Of a stretch of 64,000 bases of DNA, positions 1 through 10,802 are shown piece by piece. This DNA comes from Candidatus Marinacidobacterales bacterium (GTDB taxonomy: Bacteria > Acidobacteriota > Vicinamibacteria > Marinacidobacterales > DATDRI01). Position 1 is the stretch's first letter. Each line of letters begins with the position of its first letter. Location: NCBI GenBank assembly GCA_965219415.1, contig CBDCNP010000002.1:4800001-4864000 (forward strand). Direction: 5' to 3'. The position numbers were made by a program, and so were the translations under genes. The notes beneath the pieces are model-generated. The model saw only the letters and a program-made list of their open reading frames with translations, searched no databases and was not told the origin of the DNA.

Positions 1-7
1 AGCGGAA

Positions 8-1008
8 GCTTCAATGGGGCCGCGTTCTCATGAACGCGGAAACGATTTCCTGTTCGACGTGATACCGACGAGCAATAACTTGCTTCAATGGGGCCGCGTT
101 CTCATGAACGCGGAAACAACTTGAACAGGCGTTTGCTGGCATGAGCGACGAAACGCTGCTTCAATGGGGCCGCGTTCTCATGAACGCGGAAACGAGATTC
201 ATCAAGGTAACGGTAACAGCAGCTTGCCGCGTCGCTTCAATGGGGCCGCGTTCTCATGAACGCGGAAACGGCATGACCTCGAACTCGTCAAGTCGACGAT
301 CGTCGCGCTTCAATGGGGCCGCGTTCTCATGAACGCGGAAACGTGTCACATAGTTCGTACTTCCCATACCCGGTTGCAGCGCTTCAATGGGGCCGCGTTC
401 TCATGAACGCGGAAACCCCGAAATCCTCGTCGTCTCGAAGGTATGGCCGGCGCGGCTTCAATGGGGCCGCGTTCTCATGAACGCGGAAACGTCAAATTTC
501 GCTCTTGACAAGCTATGAGGTTTTGTCGCTTCAATGGGGCCGCGTTCTCATGAACGCGGAAACGAAATCGAGACATTCCCGAGGTCCTCGAGACCCTGCA
601 CGCTTCAATGGGGCCGCGTTCTCATGAACGCGGAAACCGAGTTATACCCGAAGCAGATGGAACACTTCTGGGCGGGGCTTCAATGGGGCCGCGTTCTCAT
701 GAACGCGGAAACGACATGATGCCGCAGTGGAGGACGGATAGCGTCGAGTGGCTTCAATGGGGCCGCGTTCTCATGAACGCGGAAACCCAGCGAATCTTGC
801 CGAGCACTAAACCGTCTGAGCTACGCTTCAATGGGGCCGCGTTCTCATGAACGCGGAAACGACGCCAAAATGTTGGAGTTCACTGGAACCGGCCTGCTTC
901 AATGGGGCCGCGTTCTCATGAACGCGGAAACTCGATTAACTGTGCCATCGTCATCGTCGCGCTGGTCGGGTCGCTTCAATGGGGCCGCGTTCTCATGAAC
1001 GCGGAAAC
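8..1008 (-). CRISPR. CRISPR array, 14 identical 36-bp repeats and 13 complete spacers of 35-41 bp; probably continues beyond the window start
   Basis: Repeat GCTTCAATGGGGCCGCGTTCTCATGAACGCGGAAAC (+) starts at 8, 82, 158, 234, 307, 381, 455, 528, 602, 677, 751, 825, 896 and 973. The reverse complement GTTTCCGCGTTCATGAGAACGCGGCCCCATTGAAGC has a CCGCGTTC/GAACGCGG hairpin and an ATTGAAGC 3' end, typical of I-G repeats. Confidence 0.99.
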
Positions 1009-1178
1009 AGACCGCTCGACAACTCTTTGCGAAATAAAGGCTTTTTCGCTTGTTATCGAGAGGTCGTTGTATGCACGCGCTCGCACTGGCTCGTGGGCCG
1101 CGTCGTCATGGCTTAAACCTCTAGTTGTCAAAGAGCACGAGCGGCGGCGGGCACTCGGGCACCACCCCGCCGCTCGAA
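1009..1178 (-). promoter_or_regulatory. CRISPR leader
   Basis: Non-coding 170 bp between the cas2 stop and the first repeat in the cas orientation. Confidence 0.75.
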
Positions 1179-1472
1179 TCATACAACGAATACCGTTGTT
1201 GCCGGTCGATAGGGTTTTCCAAGACATTGGAGATCTGTTTCTAGCGGTTGTGTGGCCGCACCCAGCTTCAGTATCATGACCTGATCCTCACTGTCATGGA
1301 TGGTCCGGTGAAGCTTGCCGCGGAGCTCCGCCAGCTCGCGGGGATTCACCTCGCAGAAAAAGACGCTGTATTGTGCGCGGTCCCCATAGCCAGACAACGT
1401 TCTGAAGACCTGGTTGCGCCGCTTATCATCTGCGACGTCGTAAGCGACCAAGTACCGTTTTCGGCTCGTCAT
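1179..1472 (-). CDS. cas2: CRISPR-associated endoribonuclease Cas2
   Basis: MTSRKRYLVAYDVADDKRR...RAQYSVF motifs; ATG overlaps the cas1 stop (TGATG); true start is 30 codons into the ORF-track call. Confidence 0.95.
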   Translation of the reverse strand: MTSRKRYLVAYDVADDKRRNQVFRTLSGYGDRAQYSVFFCEVNPRELAELRGKLHRTIHDSEDQVMILKLGAATQPLETDLQCLGKPYRPATTVFVV

Positions 1473-3193
1473 CAGCGGGTGACGATGCTTTGATAGCTGG
1501 GCACGTCTCCCCGCAACCAACGTGCCAGCAATCTGGCGTGAACTCGAATCATGCTCCGCCACGAGCAGCGATAGCCGAACACCGGATGAGTAACCACCTG
1601 GTCGAGCCGGGATTCATAGGCTTGGATCATGGCCTTGCGCGCGATTGGATTGAGCATGCATCCGGCCCTGCTCGTCGTGAAATCCTTGGCCTTTAACATT
1701 CCGGTGTTCACGGCACTCACGACGGCGGAGTCCGCGATCAAAGGGCGCAGTGGCTCCATCAAATCCAATGCGAGGGCTGGGCGTCCATGTCGAGGTCGGT
1801 GATAGAAGCCCCACCACGGGTCCAAACCTTCAGCCAAGAGGGCCACCGTGCACTCCTTGGTCAGTAGGGCGTAGCCAAAGGAAAGCAGCGCATTGACGGG
1901 GTCCTTCGGCGGGCGCCGATTTCGGCTCGCGAAGTCCCACACCGCATCGAAGTCCCGTGGTCGGAGCATGCCATCGAAGTGCCGAAAATAGTGTGCTGCG
2001 AGGCTGCCTTCGAGACCAAGCAATTGTTCCACACTCTGAACCCGAGCCGTGCTCTTGATCAATTCCTGCATTTCACGAAGCGTACGATCGGTGACGGTTC
2101 CGTTACGTCTCAGCATCGTGCGTTGATTCGACCCTTTCGCGGCAACGACCGCTTTGGCGAAGCTCAGACACCTGTTCGGTTGGGCCGCAGCCGCAAATTG
2201 CGCAGCGCGATCGTAGGCATTGCGAAGCCCGATACCATATGTGATTGCATGGAACCAGTGCCCCGAAGATAGGTGAACGATAGGAACGCCCGCTTCAGAG
2301 AGAAGATGAATGGTTTGGGCGCTGACGCCTACGTTCCCGCACAATACGAGCTGGCTCACGTCTTTGAGGCGGGCGGAGGCCAGGTTGTCCTTGCCCTTGC
2401 GGATGATCAAGTTCTCCGCGGTTTTTCCGACCTTCGCTCCCTGCTCCTGTACATACAGTGGAACGGCGTCATCGCGGGCCGGATACAGTCGGCGTACGGC
2501 CGGTGCTATGGGATCCGCAGGGACTTGCTGAAGTGCGAGCGTCTCATCCGGCAGGCAGATTCCATTGAGGGAACATCCAATGCACTTAGGACTATCTTCG
2601 AGAGGGGGAGGCAGTTTCTCTCGATATGCGGACTGGCGCGCCTCCTCGATTAACGACAGCGTCAGCGCTTCAAGCTCGGTGGTGAACGGCACGTCGACGC
2701 GTGTTCTGGAGCCTGAGAAATAGAGCAATCCGTGGTCGCACTGGTAGCCGTGTTCGCGCAAGAGCAGTCCCTGTGCCATCAGCTGTACGCGCTCCGGCTC
2801 CCACGAACGGTGATCGTTGTTGGGCACGCGCCCGCGCTTCGTTTCGACGGGCACGGCCTCACGCCCATCGCTGGAAACCAAGTCGAGCTTGGCTGTGATA
2901 CGAAGACGATCCGAGGAGAGCGGTACCGAACGAGTCACGGTGGGTGGTTCGTCGTCATCAAATCTAGCGGTAACAGAAGAAACGTCGGGCTGATTAGAGA
3001 GGCTAGCTTCTGGATCGGGTAAGACGTGGTCGAGTTTGTCCACTCGCCGGTGAGCTTGTTTCCCCTCGACGGTATAGACGTTGTCGGCCCAACGGCCTTC
3101 CACGTGCATCAGGTGAAAAAGCCGGGGACAGTAGGCGAACTCGTTGAGCATGCGCACGGGGAGGAAATCTTCCGCGCGTGACCCGTCATCCAC
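1472..3193 (-). CDS. cas1: Cas4-Cas1 fusion
   Basis: N-terminal Cas4 (YCPR, VETKRG, QLMAQ, CIGCSLNGIC) and C-terminal Cas1 (LLGLEG, RNRRPPKDPVNALLSFGY, LALDLMEPLRP). Confidence 0.96.
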   Translation of the reverse strand: MDDGSRAEDFLPVRMLNEFAYCPRLFHLMHVEGRWADNVYTVEGKQAHRRVDKLDHVLPDPEASLSNQPDVSSVTARFDDDEPPTVTRSVPLSSDRLRITAKLDLVSSDGREAVPVETKRGRVPNNDHRSWEPERVQLMAQGLLLREHGYQCDHGLLYFSGSRTRVDVPFTTELEALTLSLIEEARQSAYREKLPPPLEDSPKCIGCSLNGICLPDETLALQQVPADPIAPAVRRLYPARDDAVPLYVQEQGAKVGKTAENLIIRKGKDNLASARLKDVSQLVLCGNVGVSAQTIHLLSEAGVPIVHLSSGHWFHAITYGIGLRNAYDRAAQFAAAAQPNRCLSFAKAVVAAKGSNQRTMLRRNGTVTDRTLREMQELIKSTARVQSVEQLLGLEGSLAAHYFRHFDGMLRPRDFDAVWDFASRNRRPPKDPVNALLSFGYALLTKECTVALLAEGLDPWWGFYHRPRHGRPALALDLMEPLRPLIADSAVVSAVNTGMLKAKDFTTSRAGCMLNPIARKAMIQAYESRLDQVVTHPVFGYRCSWRSMIRVHARLLARWLRGDVPSYQSIVTR

Positions 3194-3204
3194 AATAGCC
3201 CCGT

Positions 3205-4845
3205 TTAGCGTACGCGGTTGGAACCCGCGCCACCGTGTTCGGCCGCGAACAGGCCGAGTCCGTAGTGGCTGGCGTAGCCGAGAGTGATCGGCCCAGAAAT
3301 GGATTCGTCGAAGACTAGCCGAATACCGAACGCTCGGTGCGCGGGGGGCTGGGGTTTCTCGCCGCGGCGCGTACGGACAAAGCTCAACAGCTTCTTCTCA
3401 ATCAGCTCCTTCCTGCTGAACGTGTCAATGAGCTGCGGCTGTGGCAGACTTCTGCTTTCGAGCTCTGCGCGAATCTGATCTTCTAGACTGTGGTTCCGTT
3501 TTTTGAGATGTCGCGGTGGAACGAAGGGCGTGATGCTGCTCCAGCGGTGGGATGTCGACAACTCCGAAAGAGATCTGCCTGAACGCCGGCGCAACTGCGC
3601 GGCGACTTGCGACAGGTCCGCCATTCCAACGCATGTAACGAAGATATCCTTGTCGCCACCCTTAGTCCAGGTTCGCCGCAAGCGTCCGATCGCTGCTTGA
3701 GCACGCTCGTCAAGCCCCATGGGCGCGTGAACGATGACGTGGTCGAGGCGACCGTCCTCGTCCAGATCCAAAGGCAGATAGTGAGCGTGTTGGTGACCAG
3801 TTAGACGGCGGCCCTCGGTTGGATCTCGGCCGGAAAGGACGGAGCACATCGAGGCCTCGTCGCCGAGCAGGCTGACCAGCGACTGGTGAAGCAGCTCAGC
3901 CTGCGGCAGGCAGCGCGTGAACAATGGAAGGACATCACCGCGTTTCGTATCCGAAGTGAGGGCCAGCAACGCGGCCTGAACGGAAGGCTTGGAGCGTGGA
4001 TGAAAGGCTTGATGTCGCGGCCGGCGCTCGAGTGTTCCTGCCGGCCGGCGATACAGGATCTGCTGAGAACCGGGTGGCTGACTCCAACCTTGCTGCTGCA
4101 AGTCGACGGTCTCCTGGAGCAGGCAGCCGAGTAGATCGTCTGGGTACAGTGCCATGATTTTCGCTTCTGCCTGGGCAAGCTGTGTCTTGGTGGCCTGCTT
4201 GTGCTTTGCCGCAGCGGCAGCCCGAACCCTTGCGAACGCCGCTCTCTTAGCTTGTTCGCTCGCCGCGCTTCGCCAGCAATCATATTCCGATGCCGAAACC
4301 GGAGCGAGGAGAGCTACGTCGTCGCCGCCTAGGTCAGGCAACGATGATGAGCCATTCTGGCGAGCGACGCACCACGTTGCATCGGGAATCACGTCGTCAG
4401 CCAAGCGTCCTTCAACCCAGCTCTCGGCTCGGCCGAAGTATCCGAGGCTTGAGACTAGGCTCTCGAGAAGTTCCAGCTCGTCGGACGGCAACTCGCTAGG
4501 AAAATGGATGAGAAGCTCCTCACCTGCGTCTAACCGCACAAAGGTATCGATGACCTTGGTCGTGGTCTGCTTCCGGCCTTCGATCACGGGCATGTAATGG
4601 CGCGTGTGGGAGACCTCGCCTGCGGGAAGTCGAAAACTCGGAGGCTCGGTAGCGAGGTGCGTAATCAGGGAGCACGCATCATCGGGCACCGCTTGCCAAA
4701 CAAGCTTCGAGAAGCCCGTTGCCACCAGGGCGCGAAGCACTCGCCAGGGGCTTGGTGGCCACTCGATGGCGCCTTCGTTGACATGCCGACCCCACGGGGT
4801 CGCGTGATAGCGTCCTCCTGGAAATCGTAGCGCGATCATCGTCAT
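3205..4845 (-). CDS. csb2: Type I-G Csb2 (Cas5/Cas6 fusion)
   Basis: GRYHATPW...EWPPSPWRVLRAL N-terminus and GPITLGYASHYGLGLF glycine-rich C-terminal loop. Confidence 0.92.
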   Translation of the reverse strand: MTMIALRFPGGRYHATPWGRHVNEGAIEWPPSPWRVLRALVATGFSKLVWQAVPDDACSLITHLATEPPSFRLPAGEVSHTRHYMPVIEGRKQTTTKVIDTFVRLDAGEELLIHFPSELPSDELELLESLVSSLGYFGRAESWVEGRLADDVIPDATWCVARQNGSSSLPDLGGDDVALLAPVSASEYDCWRSAASEQAKRAAFARVRAAAAAKHKQATKTQLAQAEAKIMALYPDDLLGCLLQETVDLQQQGWSQPPGSQQILYRRPAGTLERRPRHQAFHPRSKPSVQAALLALTSDTKRGDVLPLFTRCLPQAELLHQSLVSLLGDEASMCSVLSGRDPTEGRRLTGHQHAHYLPLDLDEDGRLDHVIVHAPMGLDERAQAAIGRLRRTWTKGGDKDIFVTCVGMADLSQVAAQLRRRSGRSLSELSTSHRWSSITPFVPPRHLKKRNHSLEDQIRAELESRSLPQPQLIDTFSRKELIEKKLLSFVRTRRGEKPQPPAHRAFGIRLVFDESISGPITLGYASHYGLGLFAAEHGGAGSNRVR

Positions 4846-4856
4846 GTGACGTTACC

Positions 4857-5807
4857 CTATTGCTTGAACTGGACAGTCGTGACACCGGCCATCTTGTCCT
4901 TGCACGCGGCGATGGCAGCCGGAAGAGACGTTTCCAATTCGGCCAGAGGTGGAAGCTCGAACCCATCGGGTGCGTCAGCGGCAATAGCGCCGTCGCCGTC
5001 TGCAAGGGTGAAGTCACAGGCGGTGCGCAAGCGTAGGTCACCGTCGAGTAGAGCGCGGATTTTGTACAAAGCCAGCAGAATCAGTAACCGCTCCGACTCC
5101 GACCCAAGTCCGTACCCACGGATCTGACCGAGGTCAAGATTGAAGTAGGCCGTGATCGTCTGAGCCGTGTATTCCTCGCGATGAAAAGGGACATTGCCGA
5201 AGCCGCGGGCTGTATCCCCGCTCGGATTGACAGTGTCGTTCTTGACTCCGCCGGACGCGGCGACTTGTGCCTCGCTAGCTTCGATGAAGGCTGACAACGA
5301 ACGGGCAACGCGGAGACGGCCACCTGCCATCTCCTTCTTCGCGAGGAATACACCATGAAGCAGACTGTTGCAGTCGAACTCGAAAAGTGTCTCAGCAAGA
5401 ACGTGGCGATCGATCGGCCCTTCCTTCAGCGGCGCCACCGCATGCTTCAGCCGGTCAAAAAAGCTCCGATCCTTGCTCTCGAGAATATAGGGGCTATTGA
5501 TGCGGTGGGCTTCGGTAATCGAGCTCGTCAGATACGTACCATCCCGTTCGACACGGATGTAGCTTAGACCTGTCAGCGGCTCTCGCAGGTCCTGCGTCGT
5601 CTCGTCCCAACACACCGCTTCCAGGCGGTTGGCCATCGATTGGGCGCTTTCTACGAGCAGGCACGGCGCGTCACCGGCCTGGTAGGATGCGGCTCCGAGA
5701 TCAGGAAATCCCGTGGGCTGGAAGCGCGTGCCCTGAACGGGTTTGAGCTCAACGCTCATCAGAAGCTTACGGGCGTCGTTGAAAGGGGTCAGCTCGATAC
5801 TCATCAC
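4857..5807 (-). CDS. csb1: Type I-G Csb1 (Cas7 backbone subunit)
   Basis: RFQPTGFPDLG, ESAQSMANRLE, EAHRINSPY, GFGNVPF and LRLRTAC motifs. Confidence 0.92.
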   Translation of the reverse strand: MMSIELTPFNDARKLLMSVELKPVQGTRFQPTGFPDLGAASYQAGDAPCLLVESAQSMANRLEAVCWDETTQDLREPLTGLSYIRVERDGTYLTSSITEAHRINSPYILESKDRSFFDRLKHAVAPLKEGPIDRHVLAETLFEFDCNSLLHGVFLAKKEMAGGRLRVARSLSAFIEASEAQVAASGGVKNDTVNPSGDTARGFGNVPFHREEYTAQTITAYFNLDLGQIRGYGLGSESERLLILLALYKIRALLDGDLRLRTACDFTLADGDGAIAADAPDGFELPPLAELETSLPAAIAACKDKMAGVTTVQFKQ

Positions 5808-8023
5808 GTAACGGTCTCCTTACGTTCGTTCGTCAATTTAGAGTCGTGTTCCTTGAGCGCGTCAGCAGGTCGCGTCAACCGACGGGCCAGTGCGGTCGCG
5901 TCTTTTTCTCTGATCGGAAACGAGAGCGCTACGGCGAGGCGCCGCGCTTGTTCCGGGTTGCCGACGGCCAGACGTACGCGTGGGCGAAGTCCGGAAGCGA
6001 TGAGCCTTCGGATCGCCAACGCTGCCGCGCCAGACAGGTCACCAGCATCCAGTCGCGAGAAAATAGCTGGATCCAGGCGGACCAACACTGCCTCGGCTCC
6101 AGGTGCAAGCTGCAGTGCTCGTGGCCAGTACGCGATTCGCATGAGACCGTACACACTCAGCGACCCGAGCGCATCGGTCGTAGTATGCTGTGAATGCCGC
6201 GTGTGGAGTTCACGCCAATTCAATGCCATCAGTGGTCGGGCTAGGTCGAGGATCGCCGTCTCGTTCAGCCTGCCCGCGAGGAACTTGGCAATGTCATCCG
6301 TCCCTGCCTCAGCGCCGCGCACGGCCACAAGCGGAAGCTGAGGCGATACCCTCCGCGCGGCCTCGACCATACGGCGCCGCATTAACGCGATTGCGACGCC
6401 GTCTAGGGTGTTCCCAACGCACACAACCTCAGGAGAAAGAGCAAGTGCTTCGCTTCTGACGTGGAATCGCGCCTTTCGGGTGAGCGATCCCTGCTCGAGT
6501 GGCAGAAAGTGACGACGGATCGGATCTTGCCAGTCGATCGTCTGCTTCTCGCTGGTGCCATGCTGTGAAGCGAGGGCTAGAGCGAGTCGCATCTCAGGGC
6601 TGCCGTCATCGGCAGCGTCGAGCCAAGCGACACTCAACGTGGGGACAGGTCGCAGGCCCTTGGAGCCCGCGAAGCGCGGGCTTCGAGGAAGCTGTGCTTC
6701 AGCCGCACCGACCGCGATCAGCAGCGCCTGCCACTGTGACGGGTTACGTCCGTCGCGACAACAGGCGAGAATAGCTTCCTCGCACGCACGCGCGCTACGG
6801 GATATCGAGTTCGGCGCGTAGTTATCCGAGCCAGCGCGACGCAGCCCCTCCACCCATCCTGCGACTTCGTCGATCAGATCCTGATGTGGCTGTGCTTGGA
6901 CTCTCCAGCGGCCGAGCGGGACTGCAAGGTTCGCCTGGCCGTTCCGCTCGATATAGCCATACCGCTCGAAGGCGGTGATACCACGAGTAACGCCAAGGCG
7001 AGCGATGGCCCGTCCGAAGTCGATAGGTCGAGCCGCGAGGCGTGTCCCAATCTGGCTGCGGCCCTCCGCTATGAGGGAAGTGAGCTCACCAAGAGTAGCG
7101 GGCCGCTCCCATAGCGGCATCCATTGTTCATCTCGATTCTTGTCCGCCGCCGAGGCACTTGCAAAACCTGCAGCGGACGAGCGGACTGCGAAAGGCGCGG
7201 CTGCCTGCCGTGACGCGTGGGCTATCGTGCGCCGCGCCAAGGAAGCGACGAAAAGAAGAGTGCCTTCCAACATCAGGACAAAATCCCACGGGTTGACGAG
7301 ACTGTCGCCGCCGAAGCCCGTGCTGCTGTTCGCGCCACCTGCACTGCCTGGGTGGAACTGTCCCACGGCGCTCCTCTGCAGACCGGCCTCCGGATGCCGG
7401 AACAGCGCCGCGTCCAGCAATCGCAAGGAGGCGGGCTGTGAGGGCGCTTGCGGGTGCTCGCATTCGACCAGCTCCGCCAGACGTTGCATGAAATTGTTCG
7501 TGAAGTCGAGCCGGCCGTCGTTGCCACCCGTTCCCAGGAGCGCTGGATAAACAGGCTCTCCATCACCGTCAAGCACAACGGCGGCCTCCAGCCACTCCAA
7601 CAGCGGACCTGACCACCGTTGGCGACATTCGCGCAGTAAAACACTCTTCGCCTCGTTCTTGGGGCTGGCCTTTATTAGGCTCGTTGCGGATCGCCCCATT
7701 TCGATCGCTTTGCGATAGCCTGCGAAGCGGTCTGAGCAATTCTTCGCGATCGCCGCGATCCCGTCCTTGTTGTCGTTCGAGTAGAAGCCGCTTCCGCCAT
7801 TCCAAGGCGCCACCAGCGGCGTGGGTTCGTAGTCCTCGAGGAAAAACTCCAGCAAAACGTTGCCATCAAGCGTCGTCGCGAGATGGAATGACTCTTCCTT
7901 CCACCAGCCGCGAGCGGCGGAATCTTTCTGGTTCGAGACGAGACGAAGGATGCCGAGTGCCTTGAGATAGTGCGCGAGAGGCGTCGGGCTACATCCGGTG
8001 AGATGGTGAACGTGTACTGTCAT
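5804..8023 (-). CDS. csx17: Type I-G large subunit Csx17 (Cas8u)
   Basis: Start MTVHVHHLTGCSPTPLAHYLKALG overlaps the cas3 stop (ATGA); PWNGGSGF, LLGTGGNDGRLDF and NPWDFVLMLEG motifs. Confidence 0.92.
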   Translation of the reverse strand: MTVHVHHLTGCSPTPLAHYLKALGILRLVSNQKDSAARGWWKEESFHLATTLDGNVLLEFFLEDYEPTPLVAPWNGGSGFYSNDNKDGIAAIAKNCSDRFAGYRKAIEMGRSATSLIKASPKNEAKSVLLRECRQRWSGPLLEWLEAAVVLDGDGEPVYPALLGTGGNDGRLDFTNNFMQRLAELVECEHPQAPSQPASLRLLDAALFRHPEAGLQRSAVGQFHPGSAGGANSSTGFGGDSLVNPWDFVLMLEGTLLFVASLARRTIAHASRQAAAPFAVRSSAAGFASASAADKNRDEQWMPLWERPATLGELTSLIAEGRSQIGTRLAARPIDFGRAIARLGVTRGITAFERYGYIERNGQANLAVPLGRWRVQAQPHQDLIDEVAGWVEGLRRAGSDNYAPNSISRSARACEEAILACCRDGRNPSQWQALLIAVGAAEAQLPRSPRFAGSKGLRPVPTLSVAWLDAADDGSPEMRLALALASQHGTSEKQTIDWQDPIRRHFLPLEQGSLTRKARFHVRSEALALSPEVVCVGNTLDGVAIALMRRRMVEAARRVSPQLPLVAVRGAEAGTDDIAKFLAGRLNETAILDLARPLMALNWRELHTRHSQHTTTDALGSLSVYGLMRIAYWPRALQLAPGAEAVLVRLDPAIFSRLDAGDLSGAAALAIRRLIASGLRPRVRLAVGNPEQARRLAVALSFPIREKDATALARRLTRPADALKEHDSKLTNERKETVT

Positions 8024-10737
8024 GCCGACACACCCTCCGTCATCAGTAGAGGATCGCCAGTGTCGAGTCGCGAAGCCCGAACGTCGGCCACACGCAGTAT
8101 GGCCTCGAGATAAGCCAGGGTGAATGGACCATGGGACGCAAAGAGCTGCTGGACACGCTCGGTCCAACTGGACCCGTAACGCCCGGACAAACCCAAGGTT
8201 GCGGGATCGAGGTGAAGAGTGAGAGCTGGCAATTCTACAACGTTCCCGTTGGGCACGATCATGAGTGTTGCCGGCACGACATCGCCGTGTCGCACACCGT
8301 GCAGGGGCTGACCTCGGCCGGCGTATTTGGAGTCGAGGCTCGGAAACTCCTGGTCTCGGGAGGTGCTCTGCCACGTGCCGCGCACTTTCCCGTGATGGCA
8401 GCACACAAGATAGGCGAGCAAGTTGAAGGCACCGGCGTCGAGCGCCAAAAGCAGCGTGGCGAGCGGTCCATCGGCTGAACGTGGCTCGTCGAGCTCCGGC
8501 TTCAGCACACCGGCCTCGATGAGCTCCCGCTGCTCTCCAAGCAGGGCTTGGTGGTGGGGATCGATCCGCCGCAACAACTCGAAAAGCGCCAGCGTACTGG
8601 CGAGCTCGTGGCGGAATCCACGGCGTCTGCCGATTGTTGCATCCTTGCTGTAGAGTTCCTTCAGCGGGACCCACGCCTCGCGCGGCGCCTTTGCAAGGTC
8701 CCGCCGCTCGGGGCGCGCCTCGGTCCCGGACTCGATGATGGAGGACTGAAACGCAGGATGGGCTTTCCCCCAGTCGTGGAGTCGGCCGGCTAGATCGAGC
8801 AGCGGAACCAGTTCGGCGCGGATGTCGAGTACCTCGGCCAGCTCGCGCGCTTTTTGAGCCACTTCGTCGCCATGGGTCGCGATCGTCTTCCAACTAGCCT
8901 GCTCGCTGAGGTCATCCCGTGCTTGAGCGCGATCCGCAACGGCGTCTTGCGCTGAAATCGCGAGCGTACCCTCGGTAGGTACGGGGTTCTCTTGTTTCCC
9001 TCGAGCTGCACCCGTGAAGCCGGTCTTCGTGTCATAACCACCCCAGGTCGCGTCGACAATTATCGTCTGACCGGGGTAGCAGTCATCCGCCCTCAACCGC
9101 CGCCACCGGCCGTCCACATAGTCCCAGATCCACGCTCGGCAACCCTCCTTGAGTTGTCTGCTCTTGAACAACCACTTGCGCGCTGTAGGCACCGGGACCG
9201 GACACAATCCCTCGCGGCGAGGTTGAAACTCGACGGCAGGATGATTTGCGTCCCCATCTACGTTCAACCAGGAGACGAACAGATCCCGGTCATCCCCGCT
9301 ACGGATGAAGCGGCTGACATCCAGATCAGCACCGCTCAAATCCGCGCTCGTGTCGAACAGCTCGTCACATTCGCGTCGCGTGAGAACATGCAGCGGAGCG
9401 TACGGGTATAAACGCTTCAAAGAATCAGGATCCTCATCTCGCAACGCGTATTCGAGATTCTCCAGAGTCGCGAGACCGACGTCAGCAAGCCGCGAGAGGG
9501 CACTACTCGCAGCCACCAATTCGGTCTCGTCGTACGGCAGGCAGTCCTTGCCTTTCAGGTCACGCTCGATCACGTGCACTGTAGCCTCGCCGCCGTATCG
9601 TGCGGCGCGTCCGAATCGCTGCACCAGACTCGGCCAGGGCGCGAGCTCTGTTACGAGAGCCGTGGCCGACACATCCACACCGGCTTCGACCACTTGAGTC
9701 GAGACGATGATCCGGTCCGTGGCGGCATCGGTGAAATGACGTCTGGACAGAAATTCCTCCGGCCAATGGGACCGCTCTATTCCTCGAAATCGACTGTGAA
9801 TCAGACGGAGATCGGGCTGCACCGGCTCGGCCCCCAACAGCTTCTTGAGTGTTCCGTAGAGCCGAGTCGCCGTTTCCACCCTGTTGACGATAGCTAGAGT
9901 GAATCGACCCGAACCGGCCGGCTCGGCCTTCCAATGAGCTTCCCACACGACTTCGGCCAACCGCTCCGCGTGCTTGTCCTCCTCCGCCGGAATTCTGTGC
10001 ACGGTCAAGGGCTTTGGCGCCTGCCACAGATCTCCATGTCGCTCCTCCGCTCCTACCCGGACCATACGTTCGCGAAGTTCCGGTAGCCACGGTCGCGAGT
10101 CCAACGTCTCGAACCAGTCGGGCTGAAGAGTTGCGCTCATCCACCACGTGCGGCAAGGCCGCAGCGACTTGGCAGCATCCCCGCGACGAAACGCCTGAAG
10201 CTGTACGCTCGTGGTCAACCCGACGTCCATGAGCTGGATCTCATCCATGATCCAAAGGCAATCGTGGTTGAGAAGGCCGTATTCCATCGGCCATCGTGCG
10301 CGTCCGGTGGCGTAGCCACGGTTCAGCGCGCGCGACAGGAGCATATCTTGCGTGCCGATCAGAACCGCCGGTTGCTCGGGGTGAAGATGCCAGTCTTCGA
10401 CATCGGCGCCCCCCATTAACGGGCATACTTGGACTTTCTCTGGCCCCGTGTTGCGTACGGGCATGGATTCGAGGAACTTCTGTGCGACAGCCAGACTCTG
10501 TTGTACGAGCACACGCATCGGAAGGCACCAGACGAGGCGTCGAGGCCAAGTCGAGTCACGCCGAATCAGCCGGTTCCAGGCCCATGCACCGAGAACTGCC
10601 TCCGTTTTGCCCAACCCTGTGGGGATGCGGATCAATCGATCCGTGCACGTTCTAGATTCGGCGAGAGTCTGCTGCCAGAGCCGCGGCTCCGCGTGTTCGG
10701 TCGCTCTGCTGAACCAAGACGAGTATTCGCGTGTCAC
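8020..10737 (-). CDS. cas3: Cas3 helicase with C-terminal HD nuclease (I-G arrangement)
   Basis: IPTGLGKT, DEIQ, MSAT, STQVVEAGVD, QRFGR, then LHDWGKAH, FRHELAS and CHHGK. Confidence 0.95.
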   Translation of the reverse strand: MTREYSSWFSRATEHAEPRLWQQTLAESRTCTDRLIRIPTGLGKTEAVLGAWAWNRLIRRDSTWPRRLVWCLPMRVLVQQSLAVAQKFLESMPVRNTGPEKVQVCPLMGGADVEDWHLHPEQPAVLIGTQDMLLSRALNRGYATGRARWPMEYGLLNHDCLWIMDEIQLMDVGLTTSVQLQAFRRGDAAKSLRPCRTWWMSATLQPDWFETLDSRPWLPELRERMVRVGAEERHGDLWQAPKPLTVHRIPAEEDKHAERLAEVVWEAHWKAEPAGSGRFTLAIVNRVETATRLYGTLKKLLGAEPVQPDLRLIHSRFRGIERSHWPEEFLSRRHFTDAATDRIIVSTQVVEAGVDVSATALVTELAPWPSLVQRFGRAARYGGEATVHVIERDLKGKDCLPYDETELVAASSALSRLADVGLATLENLEYALRDEDPDSLKRLYPYAPLHVLTRRECDELFDTSADLSGADLDVSRFIRSGDDRDLFVSWLNVDGDANHPAVEFQPRREGLCPVPVPTARKWLFKSRQLKEGCRAWIWDYVDGRWRRLRADDCYPGQTIIVDATWGGYDTKTGFTGAARGKQENPVPTEGTLAISAQDAVADRAQARDDLSEQASWKTIATHGDEVAQKARELAEVLDIRAELVPLLDLAGRLHDWGKAHPAFQSSIIESGTEARPERRDLAKAPREAWVPLKELYSKDATIGRRRGFRHELASTLALFELLRRIDPHHQALLGEQRELIEAGVLKPELDEPRSADGPLATLLLALDAGAFNLLAYLVCCHHGKVRGTWQSTSRDQEFPSLDSKYAGRGQPLHGVRHGDVVPATLMIVPNGNVVELPALTLHLDPATLGLSGRYGSSWTERVQQLFASHGPFTLAYLEAILRVADVRASRLDTGDPLLMTEGVSA

Positions 10738-10802
10738 CGATCCTCCAGTTTCATCTCCGAGCGGTCAATAACAATAATAGCGTGGGAGCGTGACATCCGG
10801 GG

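Noticed and set aside
44-972. Self-targeting spacers against IS elements in this window
   Set aside because: No match seen by eye; not exhaustively excluded without alignment
141-1279. Short ORFs across the array (MGPRSHERGN, LQWGRVLMNAET repeats)
   Set aside because: They are translations of CRISPR repeats and leader
8024-8893. 290-aa N-terminal extension making Csx17 1029 aa
   Set aside because: It overlaps cas3 in another frame; the family-typical start at 8023 is coupled to the cas3 stop
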